A stretch of DNA of 47,486 nt from Cellvibrionales bacterium UBA1969 (GCA_002339085.1 DDDX01000057.1:1-47486), one strand, 5' to 3'. Positions 29,459 through 39,174 are shown, counted from the first letter of the stretch. The notes: generated by a model from the letters alone, not told the origin. Program-made: numbers and translations.

Positions 29459-32400
29459 TTATTTCTTTCTTCGTGAGAAAACGCCTAAACCAAACATTGA
29501 TAAGGCTAAAGTAATTAAGCCCAAGCTACCCACCATAGGTACAGTCACTGCATCACCTGCGAGACCGTCAAGTAGATTTTGTGCCGCTTGTGCGCCATCA
29601 CTGGCATCAAGCGGATTCGAGTTAATAGCAAGTTCGATGGTATTTAGAATGCCATCGCCATCAGCGTCAGCGTCACAGGAATTACCCTCGCTATCCTGAT
29701 CAATATCCGCCTGATCAGCATTACTTATAAATGGGCAGTTATCTGCGTTGTCACCATAGGTGTCATTATCGGTATCGAGGGTCTCAGCTGAATTATCAGG
29801 GAAAGCATCAGAATCATTATTTACGCCATCGCCGTCTCGATCAATATCACACAGGTCACCGATTTGATCACCATCAATATCTGACTGGTTATCTTCATTC
29901 GCCCCGTTAGCAACAAATGGACAGTTGTCTACATAATCAAGAAACCCATCGGAATCAGAGTCTAGTGCAACATTCGTATTGATACTGAACGATACACTCA
30001 ACATTCGAAAGCTTCCTAATGTAGGTCTCAATGAAAAACTTGGCGAAGAAACTGTAGACCAAGATGTGCCGCCGTCGGCAACGTTGCCAGAACCACTGAT
30101 TACTGAACCGGAGGGACCTCCCTTAACACCGTAATCGACCACACCAATTGACAATGTTGCCAGATCTGTTTCAGCCATAGGGAATGGAGTGGATGTAACA
30201 AAAGAAAAGTTACTGACACTCACCGGCCCACTAGCATCGGAGACTTGAAAGCTAACTGTTTCACCTTCATTAATCTTTCTATCAGCAGTGGGGCCAGTTT
30301 GAGAAGCCGCCCTAACACCAAGACCATATAATGTACCGTCTGCAGCTGCCTGACGAGAAAGCTTAGCCGTAGCGTTTGCAGTGTCCGTTGCAGTAATCGT
30401 TACCGTGTAAAGATTATTATCGGATGAGATTTCTAATTGATCTTGGCCAAACACATTATCTTGATTATTGATAACGCCATCACCATTCTTATCGATAGGT
30501 ATTAAGTTAAACATAATATTTATAATCCCATCACCATCAGGATCTGGGTCACAAACATCACCTATGCCGTCTTGATCGCTATCATCTTGATCAGCATTTG
30601 CATTATTAGGGCAATTATCAAGAGAGTCTTCAATCGTATCGCTATCAGCGTCGGAGAGAATACGGTATTCATAGACACCCAACTCTACAAGGTCACTAAG
30701 ATTAACAGGGGCAGACCCTGGTGCACTGAGAATGGCATTATCCAAATGGTACCCGCCTAAATCCGTTGGTCCTTTTACATAGATTTGAACAGGATCATCT
30801 TGAGAATAGGTAAAGGAGCCACTTAACTCAGTCCAACTGGAATTATCAGCCGGAATTGGATCAGTTAAATTACTAAAAGGGTTTCCATCTTCACCCACCT
30901 TCATGGATAACTGCACAGTACCCGAAGCCGCCGAGGCCAATTTTGCATTGACCACAAAATTGTATTGTTGACCCTCTTCAAGGGATAACTCGGTAAGAGA
31001 AAATTTTGCACCATGCCATGCAGCACTTCGATTCTGTACGAGTAGACTTTTAGAGCCAGACATGCCAGTCCCAGAAGAAAGAGATAACGTGGCATCGCCA
31101 AAATTGTCCCAACCACTGGCATGACTTTCAAAAGTTGATGTAGCAATACCAGAAGGTCGTAACAGATTATTAATATCCTTCTCTGCTACATAAACTGAGT
31201 GACCGGCATTTCGCGCTGGAGAATTAGCGCCTAAGTTAAAGTCTGCTGTCTCGTGATCAGTAGTGGGATTAACAAACTCTGGGTCAATATTTAACATATT
31301 GCTTGGGTCAAGTGGCGTAGTACCAGTAAGCGTGCCGTTAACAAAAAGATTGTTCTTTACAACTTTAGTCAGCGTATAACCATCATTTTGAAAATCGTCC
31401 GTAGCATATATACCAATAGCTGAGTATTGATTATTTCGAGTAACTACTATGTTATTAGTGACAGAAACTGAGGTTACATTTCGTGTATTAATACCAGCCA
31501 CTTTGTTAGGCTCAGCATGCTCGCTCTGAACAAGGCTGGTTGAGCCGTTGTGATAAATCGTATTATTTCTGATGATGCCTCTCGCTGAATGCGAATGATC
31601 AAAGTGAATCCCGTTTTTACCATTATTAAAAGTAATATTATTTTCAAAGAGGAATGTACCGGCATAACTAGGGTCACTCCGAGTGACATAAAGCCCTTGT
31701 CCATCAATAATGGTATCTTGAGCATAAGTGCCATAAGAACCACCAGGGCCATTGCCATTTGGAACACTAGATCGTGAATAAAATGGAATTCTATTCCAAT
31801 TGTTATGAACAACATTACCACGCATTATCATTTTTACTTCGGTACCGTTATCTCCCGACTCAGCAATAGTTTCAGCAAATACAATTGCACTAGAGGCAGA
31901 ATGTGTCCACCACGTGGTATTGTAAACTTGATTAAATTCTATCGTTGAACGATCGGCATCATTAAGGCGAATGCCAGAGCCTGAAGTGTCATGCACAACA
32001 CAATTGCGAACAGTAATATTATTATGGGGACCAAAACCATAAATACCTCTACCCGCAAAATAGTTATGGTTCGTGCCATTATCAGGATCACCATTATTGT
32101 ATGCTGAGTCTCTATTCGCTATTGCCTGACTATAATCAATTGAGGCAGCAGGCCCAATAACTTCAAATCCGTCAATGACCGTGTCATTAACACCGCCATT
32201 AAGCTTAATGCCACCTGCCCCATCAAAATCAATGACCGGTGAGTGTCCTGGCGCATTTTTTAAAGTAAGACCAGATTTAGTAATTGTGACTGCGTTTTGA
32301 TTATTTAGATTGGGCGGATTGACGCCAAGAGTTTTTGAAAAATTATAATTTGAATTTCTATATGTACCATCCATTACGTAAATGGTGTCACCCGACTGTG

Positions 32401-32563
32401 CCTCTTGAATCGCTTTTGAGATTGTTTCGAATGGCTGAGCCTGATTTCCAGGGTACCAATTTTGTCCCGATGGCGATACATACCAGTCAGCAGCAATGAC
32501 AGAATTTATCATTACAAAACCAAATGTTAAAGAGATACCTATTTTTCTGAGGGCTATAGACAT
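29459..32563 (-). CDS. Secreted/surface protein: right-handed beta-helix (pectin lyase-like fold) + CBM4/9/22-like module + TSP3 Ca-binding repeats + C-terminal sorting signal
   Basis: Signal peptide; WYVSPSG...PFETISKA...GDTIYVMDGTY beta-helix start and Asn-rich PbH1-like repeats; FES...GW...NRSAAWHG...WTELSGSF CBM; DNCP..N.DQ.D.D.DG.GD.CD repeats; VPMVGSLGL-TM-RRKK tail. Confidence 0.85.
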   Translation of the reverse strand: MSIALRKIGISLTFGFVMINSVIAADWYVSPSGQNWYPGNQAQPFETISKAIQEAQSGDTIYVMDGTYRNSNYNFSKTLGVNPPNLNNQNAVTITKSGLTLKNAPGHSPVIDFDGAGGIKLNGGVNDTVIDGFEVIGPAASIDYSQAIANRDSAYNNGDPDNGTNHNYFAGRGIYGFGPHNNITVRNCVVHDTSGSGIRLNDADRSTIEFNQVYNTTWWTHSASSAIVFAETIAESGDNGTEVKMIMRGNVVHNNWNRIPFYSRSSVPNGNGPGGSYGTYAQDTIIDGQGLYVTRSDPSYAGTFLFENNITFNNGKNGIHFDHSHSARGIIRNNTIYHNGSTSLVQSEHAEPNKVAGINTRNVTSVSVTNNIVVTRNNQYSAIGIYATDDFQNDGYTLTKVVKNNLFVNGTLTGTTPLDPSNMLNIDPEFVNPTTDHETADFNLGANSPARNAGHSVYVAEKDINNLLRPSGIATSTFESHASGWDNFGDATLSLSSGTGMSGSKSLLVQNRSAAWHGAKFSLTELSLEEGQQYNFVVNAKLASAASGTVQLSMKVGEDGNPFSNLTDPIPADNSSWTELSGSFTYSQDDPVQIYVKGPTDLGGYHLDNAILSAPGSAPVNLSDLVELGVYEYRILSDADSDTIEDSLDNCPNNANADQDDSDQDGIGDVCDPDPDGDGIINIMFNLIPIDKNGDGVINNQDNVFGQDQLEISSDNNLYTVTITATDTANATAKLSRQAAADGTLYGLGVRAASQTGPTADRKINEGETVSFQVSDASGPVSVSNFSFVTSTPFPMAETDLATLSIGVVDYGVKGGPSGSVISGSGNVADGGTSWSTVSSPSFSLRPTLGSFRMLSVSFSINTNVALDSDSDGFLDYVDNCPFVANGANEDNQSDIDGDQIGDLCDIDRDGDGVNNDSDAFPDNSAETLDTDNDTYGDNADNCPFISNADQADIDQDSEGNSCDADADGDGILNTIELAINSNPLDASDGAQAAQNLLDGLAGDAVTVPMVGSLGLITLALSMFGLGVFSRRKK

Positions 32564-32624
32564 TTTTTCCCTTGGTGGTTATTTTTTATTCTGAAACTGT
32601 TTCCATCCAAAGAGCAAGACGAAA

Positions 32625-32638
32625 TGACAGCGCTGTCA
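32625..32638. promoter_or_regulatory. LacI-family-type operator palindrome
   Basis: Perfect 14-bp palindrome TGACAGCGCTGTCA with central AGCGCT, ~60 nt upstream of the beta-helix gene start. Confidence 0.75.
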
Positions 32639-32739
32639 ATCAATGGTAAAAAAAAGGCCCTTCTTAACTGAATATGGATAAAAAATAGACTATTACGACG
32701 AAAAAAACAAGCTTTTTCGATTATTTAAAATAGAATCAA

Positions 32740-34155
32740 TTATTTACGATGACTCATGTGCCTTTTCAGCAGACGCTCAAGCGACTTACGTACATCTTTG
32801 TATTCGGGCATTTTAGCGAGATTTTGAGTTTCATCTGGGTCATTTTGATTGTCATAGAGCATTTCAGCCCCCAACTTCCCATTATTGTTATACCACTGAG
32901 TCAGGGTGTATTGATCGGTATGGATAGCCTCTGCCGAATGATAACGCGGAAATACGGCTGATCTGGCTGGCAAACTGTCATCACTCATATGTTTAGCCAA
33001 ACTCATTCCAGCAGCTTGTTCTGGCTTGGGTATACCGGCTAAATCAGTAAGCGTGGGAAATACGTCAATAAATTCGACTAAACCTTCTACCCTTTGATTA
33101 GCGGGCTTATTCGGTGCACGAATAATAAGAGGAGTTTTCGTTGCTACATCGAATGTTGAGTGTTTACACCAGAGACCGTGTTCTCCTAAACTGTAACCAT
33201 GGTCCCCCATCAGAATGACGATTGTATTTTCGCTCAAACCTAATCCATCAAGCTTATTCAACACCTTGCCAACCTGGGCATCAGTGTATGACACTGCGGC
33301 ATGATAGCCATGCACTAATCGTCTCGCTTGCTCTTCACTAACAGGCCCCTTTGGTGGCGTATCACTGTATGCTCTCAACTCACCAAATTTGTGGTAAGCG
33401 CGGTCGGGAGCGTCTTTAGGTAATTCAGCAAGGGGGAGAACAAATTGCTCAGGCTCATATAAGTCCCAATATTTTTTCGGAGCATTAAAAGGTAGATGAG
33501 GCTTAACAAAGCCCACCGCCAAAAAGAAAGGTTGATCGCCCTTTGCTAGTTTGGCCATAGTACGCATGGTTTTATCCGCCACCATCCCATCGAAATAAGA
33601 ATCATCTGGCCCATCGTACATTTCGGTTGATGGGCCCCGATTAGTCTTACGATACTCAGCAATATTCTCTGGGCGCTGGTAGTTACGGAATGAGGTATTG
33701 CGCGTTTGATCTTGGTCATAATCAGCTATCCAAGCTCGGCCAGAGGTCCAGCTTTTTTTCGCAGTATCTTGCGTTTGATGAAAAATTTTTCCATAACCAA
33801 CAGTGTGATAACCATTATTTTTAAAATGCTCAAAAATTGTTTTGGCATTAGGTGCATCTTCTTCAACCCATGTATAGTAATTTTTAAACCGGTCAGGTAA
33901 GGCCCGCATACCCGTAAATAAACTGGCACGCGAGGCACCGCAGACCGGTACGCTGACATAGGCATTAGCAAAGCGAGTGCCGCTGGCAGCCAGTTGATCA
34001 ATATGAGGCGATTTAACATGCTGGGCGCCGTAAGTGCCCAACTCAACGCGTAAATCGTCAACCATAATAAATAAAACATTTGGCTGTTCGGTATCCGAAG
34101 CATGGCCTGCAACAGATACAAAAGAAAAAATTAAATAAATTAACAATCGGTTCAT
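32740..34155 (-). CDS. Exported formylglycine-dependent sulfatase (iduronate-2-sulfatase-like)
   Basis: Signal peptide, PNVLFIMVDDLR, CGASRASLFTG, GKIFH, GFVKPHLPF, GDHG, WCKH. Confidence 0.93.
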   Translation of the reverse strand: MNRLLIYLIFSFVSVAGHASDTEQPNVLFIMVDDLRVELGTYGAQHVKSPHIDQLAASGTRFANAYVSVPVCGASRASLFTGMRALPDRFKNYYTWVEEDAPNAKTIFEHFKNNGYHTVGYGKIFHQTQDTAKKSWTSGRAWIADYDQDQTRNTSFRNYQRPENIAEYRKTNRGPSTEMYDGPDDSYFDGMVADKTMRTMAKLAKGDQPFFLAVGFVKPHLPFNAPKKYWDLYEPEQFVLPLAELPKDAPDRAYHKFGELRAYSDTPPKGPVSEEQARRLVHGYHAAVSYTDAQVGKVLNKLDGLGLSENTIVILMGDHGYSLGEHGLWCKHSTFDVATKTPLIIRAPNKPANQRVEGLVEFIDVFPTLTDLAGIPKPEQAAGMSLAKHMSDDSLPARSAVFPRYHSAEAIHTDQYTLTQWYNNNGKLGAEMLYDNQNDPDETQNLAKMPEYKDVRKSLERLLKRHMSHRK

Positions 34156-34181
34156 GAATGTAACTTCCTACTAAATAATTT

Positions 34182-35615
34182 TTATTTGCGAGTTTTCATG
34201 TAATCGGCTAACTGGCCACTGAGATCTTTAACCACAGCTTTATACTCCGGCATATCAGCAAGATTTTGCGTCTCATTGGGATCATTCACGTTGTCGTATA
34301 ACATCCGTGGACCCTTTTGATTATTATTCCAGAACCACTGCGTAAAGGTATATTGGTCTGTGCGAATCGCTTCAGCCGCATGGTAACGGGTAAAGACTGC
34401 CGGTTTTGCCGGTACTGAGTCATCAGCCAGTAACTGAACCAAGCTCATACCGACAGCCTGTTCAGGTGTGGGGATATTGGCTAAATCGGTTAAAGTTGGA
34501 AAAATATCAATAAACTCAACCAACCCATCGACCGTTTGTTTAGCTGGCATATTTGGCGCGCGTATGATGAGTGGTGTTCTGGTTGCCAAGTCAAAGGTAG
34601 AGTGCTTACACCACAAACCATGCTCACCCAAGATATAGCCATGGTCACCCATTAAAACAACCACAGTATTATCACGTAAACCGAGTGCATCCAATTTAGC
34701 CAATATTTTACCGACTTGAGCGTCGGTATAGCTAACCGCGGCATGATAACCGTGAATCAGGCGGCGCGCTAACTCTTTATCGACTGGGCCTTCCTGTGGG
34801 GTATCACTGTAACCATTTCTCAGCTCACCATAGTTATGGTAAGCCGTGCTCGGAGCTCCTTTTGGAAGATTCCCCCTAGGATTTGGGTTATCAGTATCAT
34901 AAGGTAAAACAAATTTAGAAGGATCGTATAAATCCCAATATTTTTTCGGTGCGTTAAACGGTAAATGCGGCTTGGTAAAGCCCACGGCTAAAAAGAAAGG
35001 CTGATCTTTTTTAGCTAACTTTGTCATTGTTTTAATAGTTTTTTCGGCAAGCTTGCCACCAAGATAGGCATTATCTGGGCCATCAAACATTTCTGTCGCC
35101 GGCCCTTTTTTGGTTGCTTTTACTTGCGCAATATTTTCTGCTAATTGATAATCTTTATAGCGAGAGACCTCACGCCAATTCCATACTTTTCCAGCACTCC
35201 AGCTGCGCTGTTCAGTATCACGCATCTGATGGAAAATCTTGCCATAACCTTCGGTGAAATAACCGTTATTCTTAAAATGCTCAAAAAGTGTCACTGCCTC
35301 TGGTGTTTCTTTATCAACCGATGAGTAATACGTTCTAAAACGATCAGGCAGAGGTCGCATGCCCGTCGCCAAACTGGCCCTTGATGCGCCGCAAACCGGA
35401 ACGCTAACATAGGCTTTATCGAATCGTGTACCGCTATTGGCTAAGGCATCAATATGAGGTGACTGCACATGCTGGGCACCATAGGCGCCCAACTCAACCC
35501 GCAAGTCATCGATCATAATAAATAAAACATTGGGCTTTGTTTCGACAGGAGAATCCGCTAAGGCATGAAAAGAAAACAAAAAACATAACAGTAACAATAA
35601 ATTAGATCTTCGCAT
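34182..35615 (-). CDS. Exported formylglycine-dependent sulfatase, tandem paralog
   Basis: Same motifs (PNVLFIMIDDLR, CGASRASLATG, GKIFH, KPHLPF, GDHG); ATG 35615 with AGGA RBS. Confidence 0.93.
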   Translation of the reverse strand: MRRSNLLLLLCFLFSFHALADSPVETKPNVLFIMIDDLRVELGAYGAQHVQSPHIDALANSGTRFDKAYVSVPVCGASRASLATGMRPLPDRFRTYYSSVDKETPEAVTLFEHFKNNGYFTEGYGKIFHQMRDTEQRSWSAGKVWNWREVSRYKDYQLAENIAQVKATKKGPATEMFDGPDNAYLGGKLAEKTIKTMTKLAKKDQPFFLAVGFTKPHLPFNAPKKYWDLYDPSKFVLPYDTDNPNPRGNLPKGAPSTAYHNYGELRNGYSDTPQEGPVDKELARRLIHGYHAAVSYTDAQVGKILAKLDALGLRDNTVVVLMGDHGYILGEHGLWCKHSTFDLATRTPLIIRAPNMPAKQTVDGLVEFIDIFPTLTDLANIPTPEQAVGMSLVQLLADDSVPAKPAVFTRYHAAEAIRTDQYTFTQWFWNNNQKGPRMLYDNVNDPNETQNLADMPEYKAVVKDLSGQLADYMKTRK

Positions 35616-35798
35616 AAAAAGTCCTAGTGATGCCATCAAGCATTTAATGCTAAAAAAACGCCAGTTTCTGTTTGACTTTTAAACAGAATGACTGACTTAG
35701 CTTACCGATGTCTATTATAGCAATTAGAGAAAGTAGAGTGCGAAAAAAAAGCGCTCTAACCGCTGAAAAAGGTGGCTTGATGTAACAACTATCAGGAT

Positions 35799-35815
35799 TG
35801 ATACAGAGTGATACA
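35799..35815 (-). promoter_or_regulatory. Direct-repeat box 1 (TGTATCA-N3-TGTATCA), putative OmpR-family binding site
   Basis: + strand TGATACA-GAG-TGATACA between divergent sulfatase and transporter genes. Confidence 0.7.
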
Positions 35816-35983
35816 ATAATATAGTCTACCTACACAACGGGACCTTCTTTAACAAGATAGGCTTCAATTATAATAATTCAACGCACATAACATTAACCAC
35901 GGTAATACTGACTTCGCCGATCACCATTGATCATCTCGCCAATCAATAGAAGTTGGTCAACAATCACGAGAAAAATAAAACCT

Positions 35984-37462
35984 ATGAACGATATAACCAT
36001 ACAAACTGGATCTGAAAAACTTTCTGTTATTGAAAAAGTAGGCTATAGCTTGGGTGACCTGGCTGCTAACTTGATTTTTCAAACCTTCGTGACATTTATT
36101 GCGTTTTTCTACACAGACGTTTATCAAATTCCGACAGATAAAGCGACGTTAATTATTTTCACTGGCGGCATGGTCGGTGCATTTTTCAGTCCTGTCATGG
36201 GCATTATTGCTGACCGAACCAGTACTCGCTGGGGACGCTATCGACCCTGGATTTTATGGACATCAATCCCCTTTGGCGCGTTAACTATTTTGGCCTTTAG
36301 CACGCCTGATCTAGGTGCAGATGGCAAAGTCATTTATGCCTTTGTCACCTACATCGCATTAGTCGTTATTTACTCAGCCAATAACCTGCCGTACTCGGCA
36401 CTCAGTGGTGTGATTACAGGCAACATGGCTGAACGAAACAGTATGTCGTCATACCGTTTTGTAGCGGTCACTATTGCGCAATTTATTATTCAGGTTTTAC
36501 TACTGCCTTTAGTACTGATCCTTGGGGGTGGCGACAAAGCGCTTGGCTTTGAAAACGCAATGATGTTTTTCTCTAGTATTGGCATTATCTTCTTTATCAT
36601 CACCTTCATTACCACGAGAGAACGTGTAATCACCACTGAAGAGCAACAATCATCTGTCATGCAAGACATAACCGATTTGTTCAAGAGTAAGCCATGGATA
36701 ATCATGTTAACGGTGACGATTTTCTTATTTATCACACTTTCACTCAAAGGTGGAATGTATATTTACTATTTTCAAAATTATGTCAGCGAAGTACATTTGG
36801 CAGAATTCCAAAATGATATCGGCTTTAACAGCATGATTGCAGGGCTGAACAATTTACTAAGTAATGCTGGTCTAACAGAATTTCTCTGGCCGAAAGATGT
36901 GGCGATCTCAGGCAATAGTATTTTTAACGCCTGCGGCATCATTTTCATGCTGGTTGGCATTGGCCTTTCTAAGCCATTAGCTGATAAATACGGCAAGCGA
37001 GATGTCTTCAACTCAGCCTTATTTGCCTCAACGCTATTTATTATGTTTTTCTATTTTTACCCGCCAGAATCGATTAGCTTAATGTTTAGCTCTCAAATTG
37101 CGCACGGTTTTTTCTACGGTATTACTATTCCAATTTTATGGGCCATGATTGCCGATGTTGCGGATTACTCTGAATGGAAAAACAAACGTCGAGCAACCGC
37201 TATCGTCTTTTCTGCCATGCTGTTTGGCCTAAAATCAGGTCTGGCCATAGGCGGCTCATTAGTCGCAGGTATCTTAGCTAATTATAATTACGATGCCAGC
37301 TTAGCAACACAAACTCCAGAAACAGTTGAAGGCATTAAATTTGCTGTTAGCATCTATGCCGCCATACCCTTCTTAATAGCTTGCGCCAGCCTGCTGTTCT
37401 ATGAAATCAATAAAGCTATGGAAGTTGAGATTGAATCGGACCTTAGGGCCTTCAGAAGCTAA
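35984..37462 (+). CDS. Glycoside-pentoside-hexuronide (GPH) MFS symporter, xyloside transporter-like
   Basis: EKVGYSLGD, ADRTSTRWGRYRPW, NLPYSAL, WAMIADVADYSEWK; upstream of GH43. Confidence 0.9.
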   Translation: MNDITIQTGSEKLSVIEKVGYSLGDLAANLIFQTFVTFIAFFYTDVYQIPTDKATLIIFTGGMVGAFFSPVMGIIADRTSTRWGRYRPWILWTSIPFGALTILAFSTPDLGADGKVIYAFVTYIALVVIYSANNLPYSALSGVITGNMAERNSMSSYRFVAVTIAQFIIQVLLLPLVLILGGGDKALGFENAMMFFSSIGIIFFIITFITTRERVITTEEQQSSVMQDITDLFKSKPWIIMLTVTIFLFITLSLKGGMYIYYFQNYVSEVHLAEFQNDIGFNSMIAGLNNLLSNAGLTEFLWPKDVAISGNSIFNACGIIFMLVGIGLSKPLADKYGKRDVFNSALFASTLFIMFFYFYPPESISLMFSSQIAHGFFYGITIPILWAMIADVADYSEWKNKRRATAIVFSAMLFGLKSGLAIGGSLVAGILANYNYDASLATQTPETVEGIKFAVSIYAAIPFLIACASLLFYEINKAMEVEIESDLRAFRS

Positions 37463-37517
37463 CTTAAAGGCACCATTCAAAACAAAAAAATTATCAAATT
37501 TATTCTTAGGAGTTTTC

Positions 37518-38585
37518 ATGGCTAACAGTTCTGAACATGAACCCAGTTCCAAGGGCACTGAACTCAGTGATGCTGAACAAAAACAGCAGGAAGATTTACT
37601 CAAAGCTGCTTCAATGCAAGGCAAAGACCAAGCTTTAGTCACTAACATCTATACAGCAGACCCCTCCGCTCATGTGTTTGAAGGGAAAATCTATATATAC
37701 CCTTCACATGACATAGAATCAGAGGCAAGCACCAATGATGATGGCGATCAGTTTGCTATGCGGGACTACCATGTTCTGTCTGTGGATAGTGACACAGGAC
37801 AAGCAACCGACCACGGCATTGCATTAGTCGTTGATGATATTCCATGGGCCAGCAAACAACTCTGGGCACCTGACGCAGCCTACAAAAATGGACAATACTA
37901 CTTTTATTTCCCCGCTCGTGATCACCAAGGTATTTTTCGTATTGGCGTGGCAGTCAGCGACAAGCCCGCCGGCCCTTTTAAAGCTGAAGAAGACTATATG
38001 GCTGGCACTTACAGTATTGATCCTGCTGTGTTTGAAGACCATGACGGCGCATTTTATATGTACTGGGGTGGCATTTGGGGCGGTCAATTACAAAACTGGC
38101 GTGACGGCGCATTTGACGCCGAAAACGTTTATCCAGCAGACGACCAACCAGCGTACCCGCCTCGCGTGGCTAAATTATCGGAAGACATGTTATCACTGGC
38201 TGAAACACCCAAAGATATTTTAATCTATGACGAAAATGGACAGCTATTAACAGCTGGGGATACCGAAAGACGTTTTTTCGAAGCATCTTGGCTGCACCAG
38301 CACCAAAGCAAATACTACTTCTCTTATTCAACCGGTGATACACATAAAATCGTTTATGCTACGGGTGATAACCCCTATGGGCCATTCACATATCAGGGTG
38401 TAATTTTGAACCCAGTTCTTGGCTGGACTAACCATCACTCTATTACCCAATACCAAGGCAAGTGGTATTTATTTTATCATGACAGTAGCCTATCCGATGG
38501 ACAAACTCATTTACGCTGCGTAAAAATGTGCGAGCTAGTCCATGATGAAAGTGGAAATATTACTACAATAGATGCTTACCTTTGA
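37518..38585 (+). CDS. GH43 beta-xylosidase/alpha-arabinofuranosidase (GH43_1-like), probably cytoplasmic
   Basis: YTADPSAH, YPSHD, LWAPD, SIDPAVF, WGGQLQ, RRFFEASW, GWTNHHS; AGGAG RBS before ATG 37518; no signal peptide. Confidence 0.92.
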   Translation: MANSSEHEPSSKGTELSDAEQKQQEDLLKAASMQGKDQALVTNIYTADPSAHVFEGKIYIYPSHDIESEASTNDDGDQFAMRDYHVLSVDSDTGQATDHGIALVVDDIPWASKQLWAPDAAYKNGQYYFYFPARDHQGIFRIGVAVSDKPAGPFKAEEDYMAGTYSIDPAVFEDHDGAFYMYWGGIWGGQLQNWRDGAFDAENVYPADDQPAYPPRVAKLSEDMLSLAETPKDILIYDENGQLLTAGDTERRFFEASWLHQHQSKYYFSYSTGDTHKIVYATGDNPYGPFTYQGVILNPVLGWTNHHSITQYQGKWYLFYHDSSLSDGQTHLRCVKMCELVHDESGNITTIDAYL

Positions 38586-38638
38586 TCTCAACAGATAAAT
38601 AAACGGGCTGTCGTTATCTATCAATAAGCAGTGAATCC

Positions 38639-38698
38639 AGCAAAAAAAAAAGACCTTGAAGAAAGCGTCATTACTTTCATCCAAGGTCTTTTTTTGCT
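38639..38698. terminator. Bidirectional terminator
   Basis: A10-GACCTTG...CAAGGTC-T7 between convergent GH43 and EF-hand genes. Confidence 0.85.
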
Positions 38699-38707
38699 AA
38701 TCGTTAC

Positions 38708-39013
38708 TTATCGACCAGCAACAAACTCCTTTAAAGAAACCTCTTGATTACCGTCAATATCCTTTTTGTTGAATTGATTTCTATTCACTCTGACACGCTT
38801 TGCCTCATCAGCCCACGAATCATCGCCTTGAGCAACACGCTTATCCATCCACATGTTAGAGTTCTCTCTAAATTCAACTATATCTAAACTTCCATCATTA
38901 TTGGCATCCAACTTCTTAAATTGCTTAGTGTAGTAAGAATTACCTGCTGCGACAGAAGAACTCAGCACTAAAACTGAAACGCCAGCAGTTATTTTTAAAA
39001 TGATTGTTTTCAT
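38708..39013 (-). CDS. Small secreted protein with two EF-hand Ca-binding loops
   Basis: Signal peptide; loops DANNDGSLDIVE and DIDGNQEVSLKE. Confidence 0.82.
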   Translation of the reverse strand: MKTIILKITAGVSVLVLSSSVAAGNSYYTKQFKKLDANNDGSLDIVEFRENSNMWMDKRVAQGDDSWADEAKRVRVNRNQFNKKDIDGNQEVSLKEFVAGR

Positions 39014-39174
39014 AAGTCTTACCTTTTCGTTTTGAGGAATTTATTAGTAAGGAAAAAACTTCCTTTTGAGTCAAAGAATGTATAAATCATCTTCATAATA
39101 ACACTATATAGAAAGTTAAATAAAATATTTTTACCTGAAAAAAACTTTCACCCACCATTAAAAAGAACAAAAGC

